Shown: one piece after another, positions 39,063 through 51,483 of the stretch
How positions within the stretch are numbered: position 1 is the first letter of the stretch
Layout: the number at the start of each line of letters is the position of its first letter
Origin: Trichosphaerium sp. ATCC 40318
Lineage: Eukaryota > Protista > Tubulinea
Assembly (NCBI GenBank): GCA_038496445.1
Contig: JALMLS010000502.1
Span: 78,939 to 142,938 of the forward strand
DNA length: 64,000 nt
Reading direction: 5' to 3'
Notes under the pieces: model-generated
What the model was told of the DNA's origin: nothing
Databases searched by the model: none
The model's input: the letters and a program-made list of their open reading frames with translations, nothing else
Program-made: the position numbers and the translations under genes

Positions 39063-41136
39063 TTATTTTTGCGCCGTTACAATCTTGAACGTCCACATGT
39101 GCGACATTAGACTTGGGGATAATGGTGGTAAAGATACTGCAAGTCCTACGTTACCAATAAGATTCCTTAACGCGTGTATTCAAAAGGAAAAGAACGAACC
39201 TGATGATGTCGCTTTGAAATTCAAACTATTTGAATAGCCAAACAGCAAGACTTTTTCTGGTTTTTGAGCGAAGCTCTCAAGCAGCACTTTACCATCTACA
39301 CTGCGCGTTAGCTTATTATCAATATGTTATATCGAATAAACTAGGGTACCTGTTGGCCATTCCTTTATGAACGCATATACGCTGGAGAGAGATTTGTTTT
39401 GTGTGTACCAAATACTTATGTTTGCCTCTTTTTGTACAGTCCATGGCTTAGTATTGTATATACCTTCTCCATTGACTGACAACCACGTTCCCATCTGTAA
39501 TATACGTTCTGCTTGAATATCATCTATTCTTCCGTCCGCTGTTGGTCCTACAAAACAAGAAATTGTTACAATGATGATCGAAAAAAAAAAATTTACCAAC
39601 ATCCAATAACAGATTACCATTATGGGCAACTAATTAAAAAGTAAGCACCAATGCTACTAAATCGATAACAAAAACCTGTATCAACAAGCAATTGAACGAG
39701 TTCTTCAGCCGTAGAGTAAATAGTCACCTACATTTAACTGTAAAACCGACGCTAAAAATAGATGTGTAAATTTCTCACATTTTCCTGTCTGTTGTACCCA
39801 AACGAATACCCAATACCTCTGATATAGCCATTAGTTATTAAATCAAACAAAATAGAAATCGAACCTATTAAATTCCCATTTTCTTTTGAGGTATTCAGTG
39901 CCATGACCGTACTATGAACGCCTTAGCTACTATTTTTAAGAACACTTGTAAAATACCTCAACTGTTAAAAATCCGCCATGTTTCCCAAATGCATCAGGTC
40001 CCCAGCGATCATCAACGACTACATAGTCCTTGACAGGCGATTCATTATATAACCAAGCTAATAATTCTGTGCTATTCCACCATGACGACGGATGGTGTAC
40101 AGCATAATCAGACCATACAATTTCAGGTTTGTATTTATTTATCATATCCTTGTACATCGGCATCCATGTCTAATACGAATTAAGAGTTTCAAGTACAGCG
40201 ATCTGCGATACCTCAGTGACATAATCATGTGGCGTCGAGCTCAACAATTGATCATTGTACCACTCATAAGCGCAGCAGTATAATCCTGTATGAATACCTC
40301 TTTTTTTGACAGCATCAAGCAAAGGCCCAACAAGATCACGTTCTACAAAAAACACAATAAAAACGAGTCACGTTTCTTTAAAATATAGCGCACGTGGGCC
40401 AACATCTGCAGCATTCCAGTGTTGTTTCTGCTGTGCAGGCCAAAGAGCGTATCCGTCACAGTGCTTCGAAGTCAAAACGATGTATTTTGCTCCAGCTTTT
40501 TCGAATAAGTCTGCCCACCTTGTAACAGTGATTACCCACGTTATTATAGTGTATGCGTACCTATCCGGGTCCCATAGCGTAGGCTTAAATTTGGGAGCAA
40601 AATCAGTGTAAGAAGCGCTTCCATACGTCGCCTTGTGAAAGTTGTACACTAGTATCACAATCAGATAGTTCCGTCTTTTTTTCTTGTTCTCACCTGAAGT
40701 GTTTGGTTGCCTCATATTGTACTGATACCACTCTCCTAGTTGCTGAGAAGTTTCATAGTTTAAACCAACTTCTGCCCATGCCGGTACACTAAAAAAATAA
40801 GTCAAGGAAACAATCAAGTATCTGAATTGACGTGCCTGTAAACACCCCAATGGATGAAAATACCTAAACGAAAAAGTTAGATGATGCTTCTTTCAAATTC
40901 AATTGTTGTTCAAAAGTGACAATACCAAACTTCGCTTTATCATACCACTCTGGAATAGGACGAGAATCTATTCAATACCTTTTTTAGAGAATGAGGTAAA
41001 ACGGCAAACTGTTTTTTATTTTAAATCACGTGATGAGGCGCTATCTTACCATCTTACCTATACTTTTCCAATTTGGCTCATATTTTGCTTGAGCAATACC
41101 ACAAAGAGCTAATAAAGCAAAAAGTAGGATCTTCAT
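39063..41136 (-). CDS. FUCA: Alpha-L-fucosidase (GH29)
   Basis: Signal peptide, [86 protein letters not shown]; many short introns. Confidence 0.95.
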
Positions 41137-41708
41137 TGCTAGTTTCTAACAGAGAAAGCTTGCGTTACTGTTTCTGTTACACAACCGTGTTTTATGTCAA
41201 AGATTTTTTCACAAACTTTTCAAACATTTTCCATCCATAAACAAACCGGTAACCACTCTTGTCTTTAACTCCTCAATACTCACTGTATACAATAAATGAT
41301 CATTAACGTACACGGACGCTATTACGAGCGTCGCCAGCAGAACCCACAGTGTTCCAAATCCTTTTCACTGAAAAGTTATTTGATATAAATCCCAAATTAG
41401 AGAAAAAAGGTTTCGAATTTTATTTCTACCTAATACACTTCATTAGAACGTATTACGATCACATGTATCTCTGACTCAGTTGGGTTATAAATAGTATAAG
41501 CTTTTGTTACGTCCATATACCTATATCCTGCATTGAATAAGCTAGGACACCACTACAAAGACCTCATTAGTCTCAATGTTTTAAACACAAAAAACTGCGT
41601 ACACTATACTTTAAGGAATCTCTAAAGTCTGTGTCTACACTTGAAACGTAAGCATATGAAACACTGTCCAAACTTGTAAGTCCTTGAAAACATTTAAGCA
41701 TCTTGGCG

Positions 41709-42900
41709 CTAAGTTTTTTGTGTATGTGCCGAGCTGTAAACATTAGTTGTGATATCAATATACTTCATTTTATTTGGCTTACTTTCGCTTGGAAATATGA
41801 AGGGTTCTTCATATCCTTCTGGAGCTAGGAATATTCTGTTATCGTTTAATTCAATGTTCATTTGTTTCTCAGCAAGGTCTTTTAGTTTATCCAAAGTAGC
41901 ATGCACTCTAAAGAGATTGTAAGCAAAAAACAAGAATTAATGCTAATTGTAAGCAGTCACGTGTTTACAAATTTTACAACACTTTATGTACTCACTTCTA
42001 TCATTTAGAAATGAGCGTACTTGTTCTGATATGAACAAGATATCTGTTAGAAAAGAAAATGATTCAAAAGCAGAAAAAAAAAAGAAAAACTTTCCAACAT
42101 GCTTACAGTTTTAGAGGAACCGAGGTTCTATGTGTTGTTTCATCTACACCAAGTGTAACATATTCTTGTGAAAACAAGGTATTATCTTGAGCTTTTAGAG
42201 ACACCATAATTAAAGCCATTCTCTGTGCTCGTATGATTTTATCATGTGTTAACTTTAATTTCGGCTTTGGTAGCTTAAAAGTGTTACATTCGTAGTCTTT
42301 TGCTTTTGCTTTAATCCCTGTGTTCCCTCTAGTACTGTACAAAAAATTATTAGACAATTATAGTATGGCACAAGAAGAAAAAAAAACAAAGGTATTTTAA
42401 CGAAATATCTGAATATTTTCTGAAGAATTGGTTTTGATGTTAATCAAACTCATGTCAGTTGCAAAGAACGGAACGTACAGTTCTGCGACAGCACTCTTAA
42501 TACTACTTTGTAGTGCTGAATCGGTATCTTGTATTTTGTAGTGTGTTGGAAATGTGAAGTAGTTTTGTAAGCACTCGTCTTTCCAGCTGAAGAACTCGTA
42601 ATCGTCTGTCTTTTCTGGATTAGCGTTTACATAATGTAAAACAACTGTCAACGCTTGATTGCGTACATCTACATGGTCTAGAAGCATATATTCGCGTTTA
42701 TAAAGATATTTCCACAAAATGTCGCATTCCGCCACCTCATTCCATTCCTACGTATTATGTGATGCGATTGAGACGTAATTTAGTATTTGTACCTTTGATA
42801 CTAGACAACACACGCAGACATCTCTGAAATTGTCCAATAACTTCATAATCGCGATGATCACATCTAGATTTAGCCTTACAGGCGTAGCGTCTGTCGACAT
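41709..42900 (-). CDS. Intron-containing F-box protein
   Basis: LNLDVIIAIMKLLDNFRDVCVCCLVSK-EWNEVAECDILWKYLY is a typical F-box; the C-terminal part is unassigned. Confidence 0.75.
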
Positions 42901-42991
42901 GAAGACCGTTAAATGTGTGGTTAAGGCAAACATTTTGCTTTTAAGTCAAATACTGCATAATTTCGTTTTACTTTTCTGTTTACCACAGTGG

Positions 42992-44994
42992 ATGTATTAT
43001 TCTTATTTATACGCTCTATTTGCGTTTGTTCTTGTAACTAGCGGTACAAATTAGTCGTTTAAGCACAAAAAACGAGACGTAACAGGCATATTAGGTCAAA
43101 TAACAGATGTGAGTAGTATTGTGACCACTGAGGGGTTTGTAGTATCATGGCAAATACTTGAGAACAAGTACCCCACATTAAAAGTCACGTGACGTCAGAT
43201 CTTACCCAAAATTAGATATATATCAATGACGGTAACGGCAACCCAGGTACAATTTATATTCAACCTTTTTATGGAAAATTTACAGTATTTCGTTGTAGAG
43301 CGCTTGGATAGGTGTTGGTTGGCATAAACCTGGAGAAACTAATAAGATGAAGTTCGCTGATATCGCTGTAGCTATTTTTGATGACAACGGAAAAGTTAGT
43401 TGTCGATAACGCAACCAAGTTGAATACGGCTGACATGTTTTCTAGATAATAGATGTTACAGATAGATTTTTTGCTGGTCCCAATCCCGTAGGATTTCCTG
43501 ATACTGATGTGAACCAGGCACCCTCATTACTTTCAAACTTTCTTTAATTTACCTGTGTTGTAGGGTGGTACAGATGATATCATAGAGTTCTCTGGATATC
43601 AAAGTAACGAACATAAACTGAGTACATTTACTTTTCTTAAATTATTGGATACACACGACAAGATGGATAACCCAATTACAAATGACTCTTACCCGCACGT
43701 GATAATTTTTTTTTATTATTGTTAATCTTTGATCTCTTTAGGCTCATATACGCTTATGGTTCATCAAATACCTTTGCTCATCACAGAGCAGCAGGTAAGT
43801 TTTTTCTTTCGTAAATTTTTGAAAACGTCTTTTAGGGTTCGCTCCTGAAGAAGTCAACTTTTTTACTGGTAAACCTGGTAGCCTAGTTGGAGGTAATCCT
43901 ATGGATGTGTACCACCAAGCCCATGGCATGCTTATGTTTGTTGCGTAAGACAAGACTACTGCAGTTAATTGTTTTTATTTCTAAATATGCAACTCGTAGA
44001 TTTGGTGTATTGATCTTCATTGGCGTATTCGTTTCAAGATTTATGAAAGGATACAAATGGTGGTTTCCTTTACATATTATTATTCAATTATCAGGCAAGT
44101 TAACAAGTCAAAATTGTAGACTGGCAAATCTCATTTTTTGAAGTTGATTTTTGAACTTGAAAAAATAACTGTCACGTGATTTTTGTATTTATATTTTTTT
44201 AGCGTTAATATTCGGGCTTGTTGGATTCGCTCTTGCCATATACATGGTAGAAGAAGGCAGTGTATGTGAAACTTGAAATCGCGTTGCTAACATACATTCA
44301 ACTGGCCTGGCTTTTTTCTTAATTATTTCTTACAGTTTCGTAGGGATTACATTTTACAAAAATCCATCACTGGTTTGGCCTTATTACACTTTTAATAATG
44401 TGTATTGCTCCAATACTCGGTTATTTAGCAGATTTATTGTGGGATCCAACTAGAGCTGAAACTCCATTATGGCCTGATAAGCTACACTGTATAAAACCTT
44501 TTTAGTGTTTTTTTTTATTTCAAAAACTGACCCTCGACTTAAGGGTGGATTGGAAGGTCTACTATTATCATGGGTTGTATATCTATATTCCTTGGTTTAT
44601 TTTTAGTCGTTGACAGATTCCTTCGTACGTTCAATACAAAAGCAGAAGCCAAAACTTGTTTCGCTTGTTAACATTTCCAGTTATTCTGTTCGGTGTCTTG
44701 ATTTGCTTCTATGTATTCGTACTCATCTACATTGAGTTCTACAAGTCATTTAACGGAGACCTCGTTGGGTACACATACGATAATACACGCATTACTTAGT
44801 TAAATCTTTTAGGGAATATGATACAACAGCACCTTCTGTAGATTCGTCGAGATTGATTGTGGAACCTAAGTACCAAAAGTTTTTTTAGTTTATTAGATTA
44901 GCTGTCTTGAAAGTACTTTATTAATTCTATTTCTTTAAGAGGACCTAAGAGAGGAAGAGAGAGAACAGGATCAACTGTTTACAGCTCAATGTAA
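42992..44994 (+). CDS. DOMON domain plus cytochrome b561 (ferric-chelate reductase-like) membrane protein
   Basis: Signal peptide, WIGVGW..MKFADIAV, DVTDRF (DOMON); HQAHGMLMF, WWFPLHIIIQ, HHWFGL, PIWPDKLHWWIGR (b561 haem-ligand histidines). Confidence 0.85.
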
Positions 44995-45281
44995 CGTTTA
45001 ATGAAACATCAGTACATGGCAACTAAGTTAGATTCTAGTGTTACCAATTAGAAAAAAACCTGCAAAGAGTAGTTTGTCCGAATAAAGAGATAGATTCACG
45101 ATATTAAATACTTTTATTTAGAAACATACTCTGCCTTTTCTTTTTTCTTTGTGAAGGGTTTGACGATTAACTACAGTTGCTGGGCAAAGGCGTATCTAGG
45201 ATTTTAACTACTGTGTCAAAACAAAGGAAATCAGTGACAACTAAATCTTGCAATGGAATTGTCATTTAAGTTACTTAGGTC

Positions 45282-46020
45282 TCATTCGCCAGCGCTATTT
45301 GGATCCAACCATCCTACAAAGAAGGTTGCTACGTCAGTAAAGCCATAGTCATCAACTAAAGCCTCCAACATATTGCAGTATTGTTTTTCTTTATCAAACA
45401 TTTCAGTATAGCGATATGGCAAACTCCACCAACCTCTCCTACCACTCCACATAAAAGGATGAGCCATGTGAAAGTTGTGAAGTAATATTTCAAGCCGTTG
45501 TAGCGGTTCTAGAGCAATCAAAGCACAATCGCTCTACATCATATCCAAAAGGCAAAGGATTTATGAAATGTGAAAGCCTTGCGTTACATGTGTTACAAGG
45601 GATATCTATACTATACCAACAGTGTTGTGGCATACTGGATAGCGATCTAAACCTTCTAACCATGACACCAGCTTCATATGCATAGTGGCTCCATATAGAG
45701 TCTATACACTTTGTGCTGTGGTGGGTGTATAGCATGAGTTTGTATTGCTTGTGTCTAATGCTCTGCAAAATTCTTGGTTTAAGCATTCGTAGTATGTACA
45801 GTACTACAGCGTCTTTTAGGAGCCATTCTTGACCAAGAGTTGATTGTTTGGTGATATTAGTCAAACGTTTATTTACACAAAGCAAGCGAACAATTGCTGG
45901 TGGTTCATCTTGTATCAACAACTCAAGCAGTAAGAAAATAATATCGGCTGGAATGTTGCCTAAACCCCATATTTCCTCTTCTTTACGTGTATACGATGCC
46001 TTACAAGGTATATCCGACAT
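45282..46020 (-). pseudogene. Intronless F-box-like protein with CxxC motifs, frameshifted
   Basis: LGNIPADIIFLLLELL...IVRLLCVNKRL (F-box-like); CNTC...CFDC; coding appears to continue in another frame at about 45500. Confidence 0.55.
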
Positions 46021-46346
46021 GCTGATACTACTGTTGCGATTGTTCAACCACGTTCTGGTTTTAGGTGTCTTTTATCACGTGGACTAAGTAAAAGTCTTTA
46101 AAAGGTCAACAAGCATAAGGCTGAAGCTTCATACCAACGATTACTTCATGCAAAGGTAGCAAGATAACTGATTCTTGTAGCTTAAACACATCTAGTATAA
46201 GTGGGTCCTTGAAGCCGCAAAATATTCAACGACTCATAGGTTGTCATTTTTAGCAGGTATTTAGTGATTGAAGAAACTATTTTGGCTAACTCAAAACCAT
46301 GAAGGACCAGCAAATACAAAGTACGCTGGACTTGTTTTGGATGTGT

Positions 46347-47850
46347 TTATTGATAATGAGACAAAAGTCTGTACCGTTTGTGAAAATTAATGATAGTATG
46401 GACATTTTCTAGGTTATACAAGTCCGCTTCTGATAGCCCTCTGACATTACACTTTATAGTGTGAATATTTTTCAGTCCTACTATCACATCACGAGGAATG
46501 GGACAACTCTCCACATTAAGTGTATATATGCCATCAAACTTATGTACTTCACTCTTGTCATCTAGTCTGGCATTCATCAAATTCAGAGTGCATAATGATG
46601 TCATCTGAGAAAAATCTGGGAGGCTGTTTAAACCTTCAACAGTTAGCTCCTGAATACTCTTGAGATGATAGAAACCTTTACCAGTCATACTGGTTTCACT
46701 CAAGTTTAGTATTTTGACATTAGATAGAAATACTAAACCTTCATCAGTGATGTTACAGTATGATAAATCAAGGTATTCTGCATCTTTGAAGTATTCCAAG
46801 TCGCTATTTTTAACTGAATTTCCTATCACTGATATTTTGTGTACTCTTGAAAACCCACTGTAGTCTGTGAGTTTTTCACAATAAGAAGCATTAATAGTTT
46901 CAAGGTTCTTAAGAAACTTGATACCAAATCCAATCAAGTTTGGATTGTCTGTTATATCTAACTCTGTTACAGCAGAAATGTGTTTCAGTCCCTCATCGGT
47001 GATATTGCTGCAACCGCTGATATCAATTGCCTGTAGACTGCCAAGAGCTTTGAGTCCTTCATTTGTAATTTGTGTACAAAGTGCAAGGTCTATAGAATGA
47101 ACGTTTGATAGAGACTTTAACCCGTCATCTGTTATTTCCTTACACTCTGATAGACTTATTACATGAACATTAGAGAGGTAAGATAGACCAACATCGGTGA
47201 TGGAAGTGCGATTTAGACTGATTGAGTGGACATTTTTTAAGAACTTGATGCCTTTGTCTGTTATAAGCGTAGATGATAGATCAATACAATGAACTGATGA
47301 TATGTTTTAAAGTTTCATCTGTAATAAGACAACCTTCTAAATTTATTGTCTGAACCCCATGCAATTTCTTGACGCCATCATTAATCATAACGCTCCTACA
47401 TCTTTCAAGCTCAACTGTTTTTATACCAGAAAGTAAGGCTATACTTTGGCCATCAAGAGAATTTGATGACAAGCTTATGTAACAAGGCTTTCTTGAACCT
47501 GTGTTTTTTATATTGTTCATCAACATATGTATACTTCCGCTTGTTATCTCTAGGTAATGTGCTAGATCAAGATATTGCGCTCCAGCAAGTATATCATGTG
47601 AGTTTATTGTATGCTGCTTGTGTGACGCTGTAACATGTATTATTGAGTTGTTTAGAATGCCCTTACACTTTGAAACGTGCAGTACTGCATATATAGAAGA
47701 AACATAAACGTCCATGAAGCCAACACATTGTTTAATAACATCTGACAAATAACGACAAGTTTCTGCTATTTCATAGCGGTCAGGGTCATAAAGGAAGCTT
47801 ATTATGAGTACAATCATCTCTAAAGGTAAATCGAGTATATTATTACAGCT
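46347..47850 (-). pseudogene. F-box plus LRR protein with one frameshift
   Basis: ILDLPLEMIVLIISFL..DRYEIAETCRYL, then continuous LRRs (VHSISLNRTSITDVGL...). The frame changes at about 47295. Confidence 0.8.
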
Positions 47851-48271
47851 GTAAGTAATGTAAGAATAAAACTGCTGGTTCTGAAAAATATCACGTGATT
47901 TTTATTCTACGTGGCGACAAAAAGCGATTTACGATTGTTTTGCAGGGTTGAAAGCGTACTTTTGATTGTAGTCAACTTTTATAGCTGATACACCTCTCAT
48001 TGTTATAGAGATAAAGGGTTACAGCGTTAGAGGTATAAAGTAATGTATATAAGCGAACTAGTTTAAGTTCAGGTAATGTATGGAAGAGAATTTTTTAAAT
48101 AGATACCTTCGGAATATAATTATCAGGCATGTGGTTCACAATTGTTGATACTTAAGTGACAAGTAACGGGAATATCACACTTAAGTAGTATTAGAAGGTA
48201 TTTTACCACTTCTAAAATGACAAATATAACAAGCAATTGTTATTGTTCTCAATAGTATTTACACTAAGCCT

Positions 48272-49084
48272 TTATACCTCTACACCTTTACAGAACATAC
48301 AAGAATCTACTAGTACCCCATTTATGTCCCATTCTTTATACTCTCCTTCTTTGACACCATCCTTCATATAACAAAGAACCTCTAATTGACCAGTGCTAAA
48401 AAACTCTTTAGCTTGTCCATTCATTTTACCTTTAATATAATATTCTTCACTCTTTAATACTCCATCACTATACCACTCTTTACGCACTCCTTGTCGTTCA
48501 CCTTTTTCATAGTTAACAAGAACCTTTAATGTTCCAATATCATGATAAACCTTATACTCTCCATGGAGAATATCTTTCTCATAGTGACACCTAACATTCA
48601 TCTTACCAATTCTGTACCATTGTTCATAAACTCCTTCATACAAGTTATCCTTATAAAATCCACTCCAATGAATCTGGCCATTATCATACCAATCATAGTA
48701 TGGTCCTTCAGCCTTACCATCCTTGTAAAAGTATTTTGCCTTCATTTTACCGTTTTTATACCACTCGATGTTCTCTCCATGTGCGATACGATGTTTAAGT
48801 CATTTCAGTTGCGAAATCTCGCCTGTACTGTACCAACAACGCCATTCACCGTGCGGAACTAAGTTATCATCAAAGTGAGTGGTTAGCGCTGTACGTTTAC
48901 AGAGCGTATGCCATGTTATAAACGAATACAATTCTTTTTGAAGGTCAGAAGGGAGGTATAACCAGCTCCAATTAGAGGCTGTAACAATTTTATTAGCGAT
49001 TATTCTTTTATAAACGTTGTGGAGTATAATGTACTGGGTCCAGAAAAACATACCATTGGCAGCGGGTTTAAGGCGTTTCTCCAT
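48272..49084 (-). pseudogene. F-box-like plus MORN-variant repeat protein with one in-frame TGA
   Basis: LYLPSDLQKEL..W..L.K..T.FD..L.PHGEW. ORFs 48800-49084 and 48272-48745 are in the same frame, separated by TGA at 48800-48802 plus 18 sense codons. Probable short intron near the 5' end. Confidence 0.75.
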
Positions 49085-49440
49085 GTTACAAAAGATAGTT
49101 CCCAGAAAAACTTGAGACTCATGTTGACTATACTTACGCTTTAAGAATCAGTAGCGGCTCAGACTATGTTGTTTGTAGTCGGAGCACCAATAGACCAACG
49201 TTTACCCAGAACTCATTAGCGCAGGTAAAGTTGTGCAAAGACATCTTTGATATTTCTAATTACGCTATTCTCTCAAAATACAAGAAACTCGATATTCAAA
49301 ACGATTTAATTGTCAAACTATTTATTAAATAGACATACAGAAAAGATGTTTTTACAGTGTAGGAGCCTTATTGTTATTTCGGTTTTAGATAATCAATCAA
49401 ACTAGTTTCACTTGAGATTTTGCTTGTTGACTCCGGAATT

Positions 49441-50589
49441 TCATGATTGCACTAAGGCCTCAATTCTCTCAAGTATTCTATTTGCGAGACCTAACGGTAC
49501 TCTCAAAGCAAGCAATGTCGCTCTATCCAGAGTGAGGAAGTCTCTGCCCCTGATGGTATTGTAAGTTGGTTGTGCAGTTACAAGTATTGGTGCGTACCTT
49601 ATTTCTTGATCTTTGAGCATCTCAACCAGCCTTGGATCAATATTATGAAGATCATATAACACCTGCTTAACTGTCCACAACTCAGGAGCGATAGTATTAA
49701 CCACACAGCTATGCTTGAGCTCTCCTTCTTCAATAATATACTCAGCACAATGAGTTACTATTTTGCGCTGCTGTACGGACCAACTAGCTTCGCAAGAAGC
49801 CCCACAAGGAAGCACCAACGTCCCTCTCTCGTTAGGTTTACCTTTGATCCATTTTCCAAACCATTTGCTTCCGTTTAAAAAACAATACTCGCCATCGCCG
49901 TTTTGTTGATTACAAAGGAAGTTGCCTTTGTATTTTGTACCATCTTCCCATGTCATTGTACCTTTTCCCTCACGAGAGCCAGTACTAAAGTTTCCAGCGT
50001 ATACTCTTCCAGAAGGCCATGTTAAGGTACCAGCACCTTGGCAATTATCGTCTTCAAAATCGCCAATGTAGTGCCTTCCGTCAGGCCACGTTTGAGTACC
50101 TTTTCCTTTTCTTCTATCTGCTTTATACTCACCAACATACTTAACGCCATCAGGCCACACCAGCGTTCCTTCACCTTCTCGATTCCCATCAACGAAATCT
50201 CCTTCGTATTTTAAACCGTCAGGCCACGTTTGCGTTCCTTTTCCCTGGCGTATATCATTGGCAAAGTCTCCAACATACAACTTCCCACTAGGCCAAGTGT
50301 ATGTTCCTTTTCCATGTCGTTTGCCGCTCTTGAATTCTCCAACATAAGTGTTCCCGCTAGGCCACGTGTACTTTCCTGACCCATGGTACTTGTCATTATC
50401 AAAGTTACCTTCGTACTGCTCTCCGTTATGTTGTTTTAGAACGCCAACACCATGGCGAAGATGCCCGGTGATCTCTCCACTGTAAGTGTCTCCGTTTGGC
50501 CAAGATATATCCCCAGATTCGATAACTTTTATGTTTATAATTAACCCTTTGTCTTGACGTGTTCTAGTTTCGTATGGTTCACTCATCAC
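49441..50589 (-). CDS. Classical MORN-repeat protein with C-terminal SAM-like domain
   Basis: About 10 YxGxFxxGxRxGxGxxTWPxG repeats. The C-terminus WTVKQV...LKDQEIR-GRDFLTL....LLALRVPLGLANRIL fits SAM after removing an in-frame 45-nt intron. Confidence 0.85.
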   Translation of the reverse strand: MMSEPYETRTRQDKGLIINIKVIESGDISWPNGDTYSGEITGHLRHGVGVLKQHNGEQYEGNFDNDKYHGSGKYTWPSGNTYVGEFKSGKRHGKGTYTWPSGKLYVGDFANDIRQGKGTQTWPDGLKYEGDFVDGNREGEGTLVWPDGVKYVGEYKADRRKGKGTQTWPDGRHYIGDFEDDNCQGAGTLTWPSGRVYAGNFSTGSREGKGTMTWEDGTKYKGNFLCNQQNGDGEYCFLNGSKWFGKWIKGKPNERGTLVLPCGASCEASWSVQQRKIVTHCAEYIIEEGELKHSCVVNTIAPELWTVKQVLYDLHNIDPRLVEMLKDQEIRYAPILVTAQPTYNTIRGRDFLTLDRATLLALRVPLGLANRILERIEALVQS

Positions 50590-51483
50590 GTGGTTTACAA
50601 GTTGCGGTTATAGATGTTTGATTGATGAAATAAAAAAAAGTTCATACTGGAATTCTGTTTACTTTGCCTTCTTTTTGCTAAACAATGGTATCACGTAGTC
50701 CCCTAATCCTAAGGAAATGCAGTAAGCTAGCCTCAATCGAAATTGGAGCTATAAGAAGCACAAAACGGGAATGCGTGTTAAGTTAGCTATGTCTTAGTTA
50801 AGTCGTTGTAGAATACCGTAGCAAGATAGGTGTTTCTCTTATTAGCTTTAGTGACGATAGTACTCTCTCCTAGTTTTTGGGCTGGTTTACGCTAGGCACT
50901 GGGTAATATTATTGACTTGAAATACGTTTTAACCTCCACAGAGAGTTTAGATTCTTTGTATACTTTTGAAACTTTTGATATCAATGCTATACGGGAGAAA
51001 CCAGACTTTAACTTGATAAAACGCAACTCACTGTCCGAGTCTTTCGTCAATCCTGTCAGGCGTATGTATATATTTATATCGAAGCGTATAAAACTACCAC
51101 GTGAGGAACTTCTCAAGAAAACAGTCGGCACTCTTTTTTTTTTTGTATTTTCAAGTTTTTCCTTCATCACGTGATTTTTTTCTCGACAATTTTCAATCTT
51201 CATTGGTTATCTTGACAGGTACAAAGTAAATAGTAACAACTGAGGGATTAGACAAATAACGGCTTCTCTTCTTAAGGCACTAGAAAAAAATTGAGAAATA
51301 GAAACATCCCATCATCTCGTTGTATTCAGCCCTCTGCAATCTACTATACTTATCCAGTAGAACTATTGCTACGAATGCAATAAGGCAGACAGATATTCCG
51401 AAAAATGAATGAATTCGTAAATGAAATAACGTATTCGTCTTGACTTAACCGCTAGTCGAAAATAAGTTATTCCAATTAACAGG

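Noticed and set aside
48149-48188. 10-bp inverted repeat TACTTAAGTG...CACTTAAGTA, and short direct repeats at about 10689-10722 and 11351/11446
   Set aside because: Too short to exceed chance in AT-rich DNA; no associated element.
48800-48802. Alternative genetic code (TGA as sense)
   Set aside because: TGA terminates several clear genes here (580, 9019, 11866, 60745) and TGG is used for conserved Trp.
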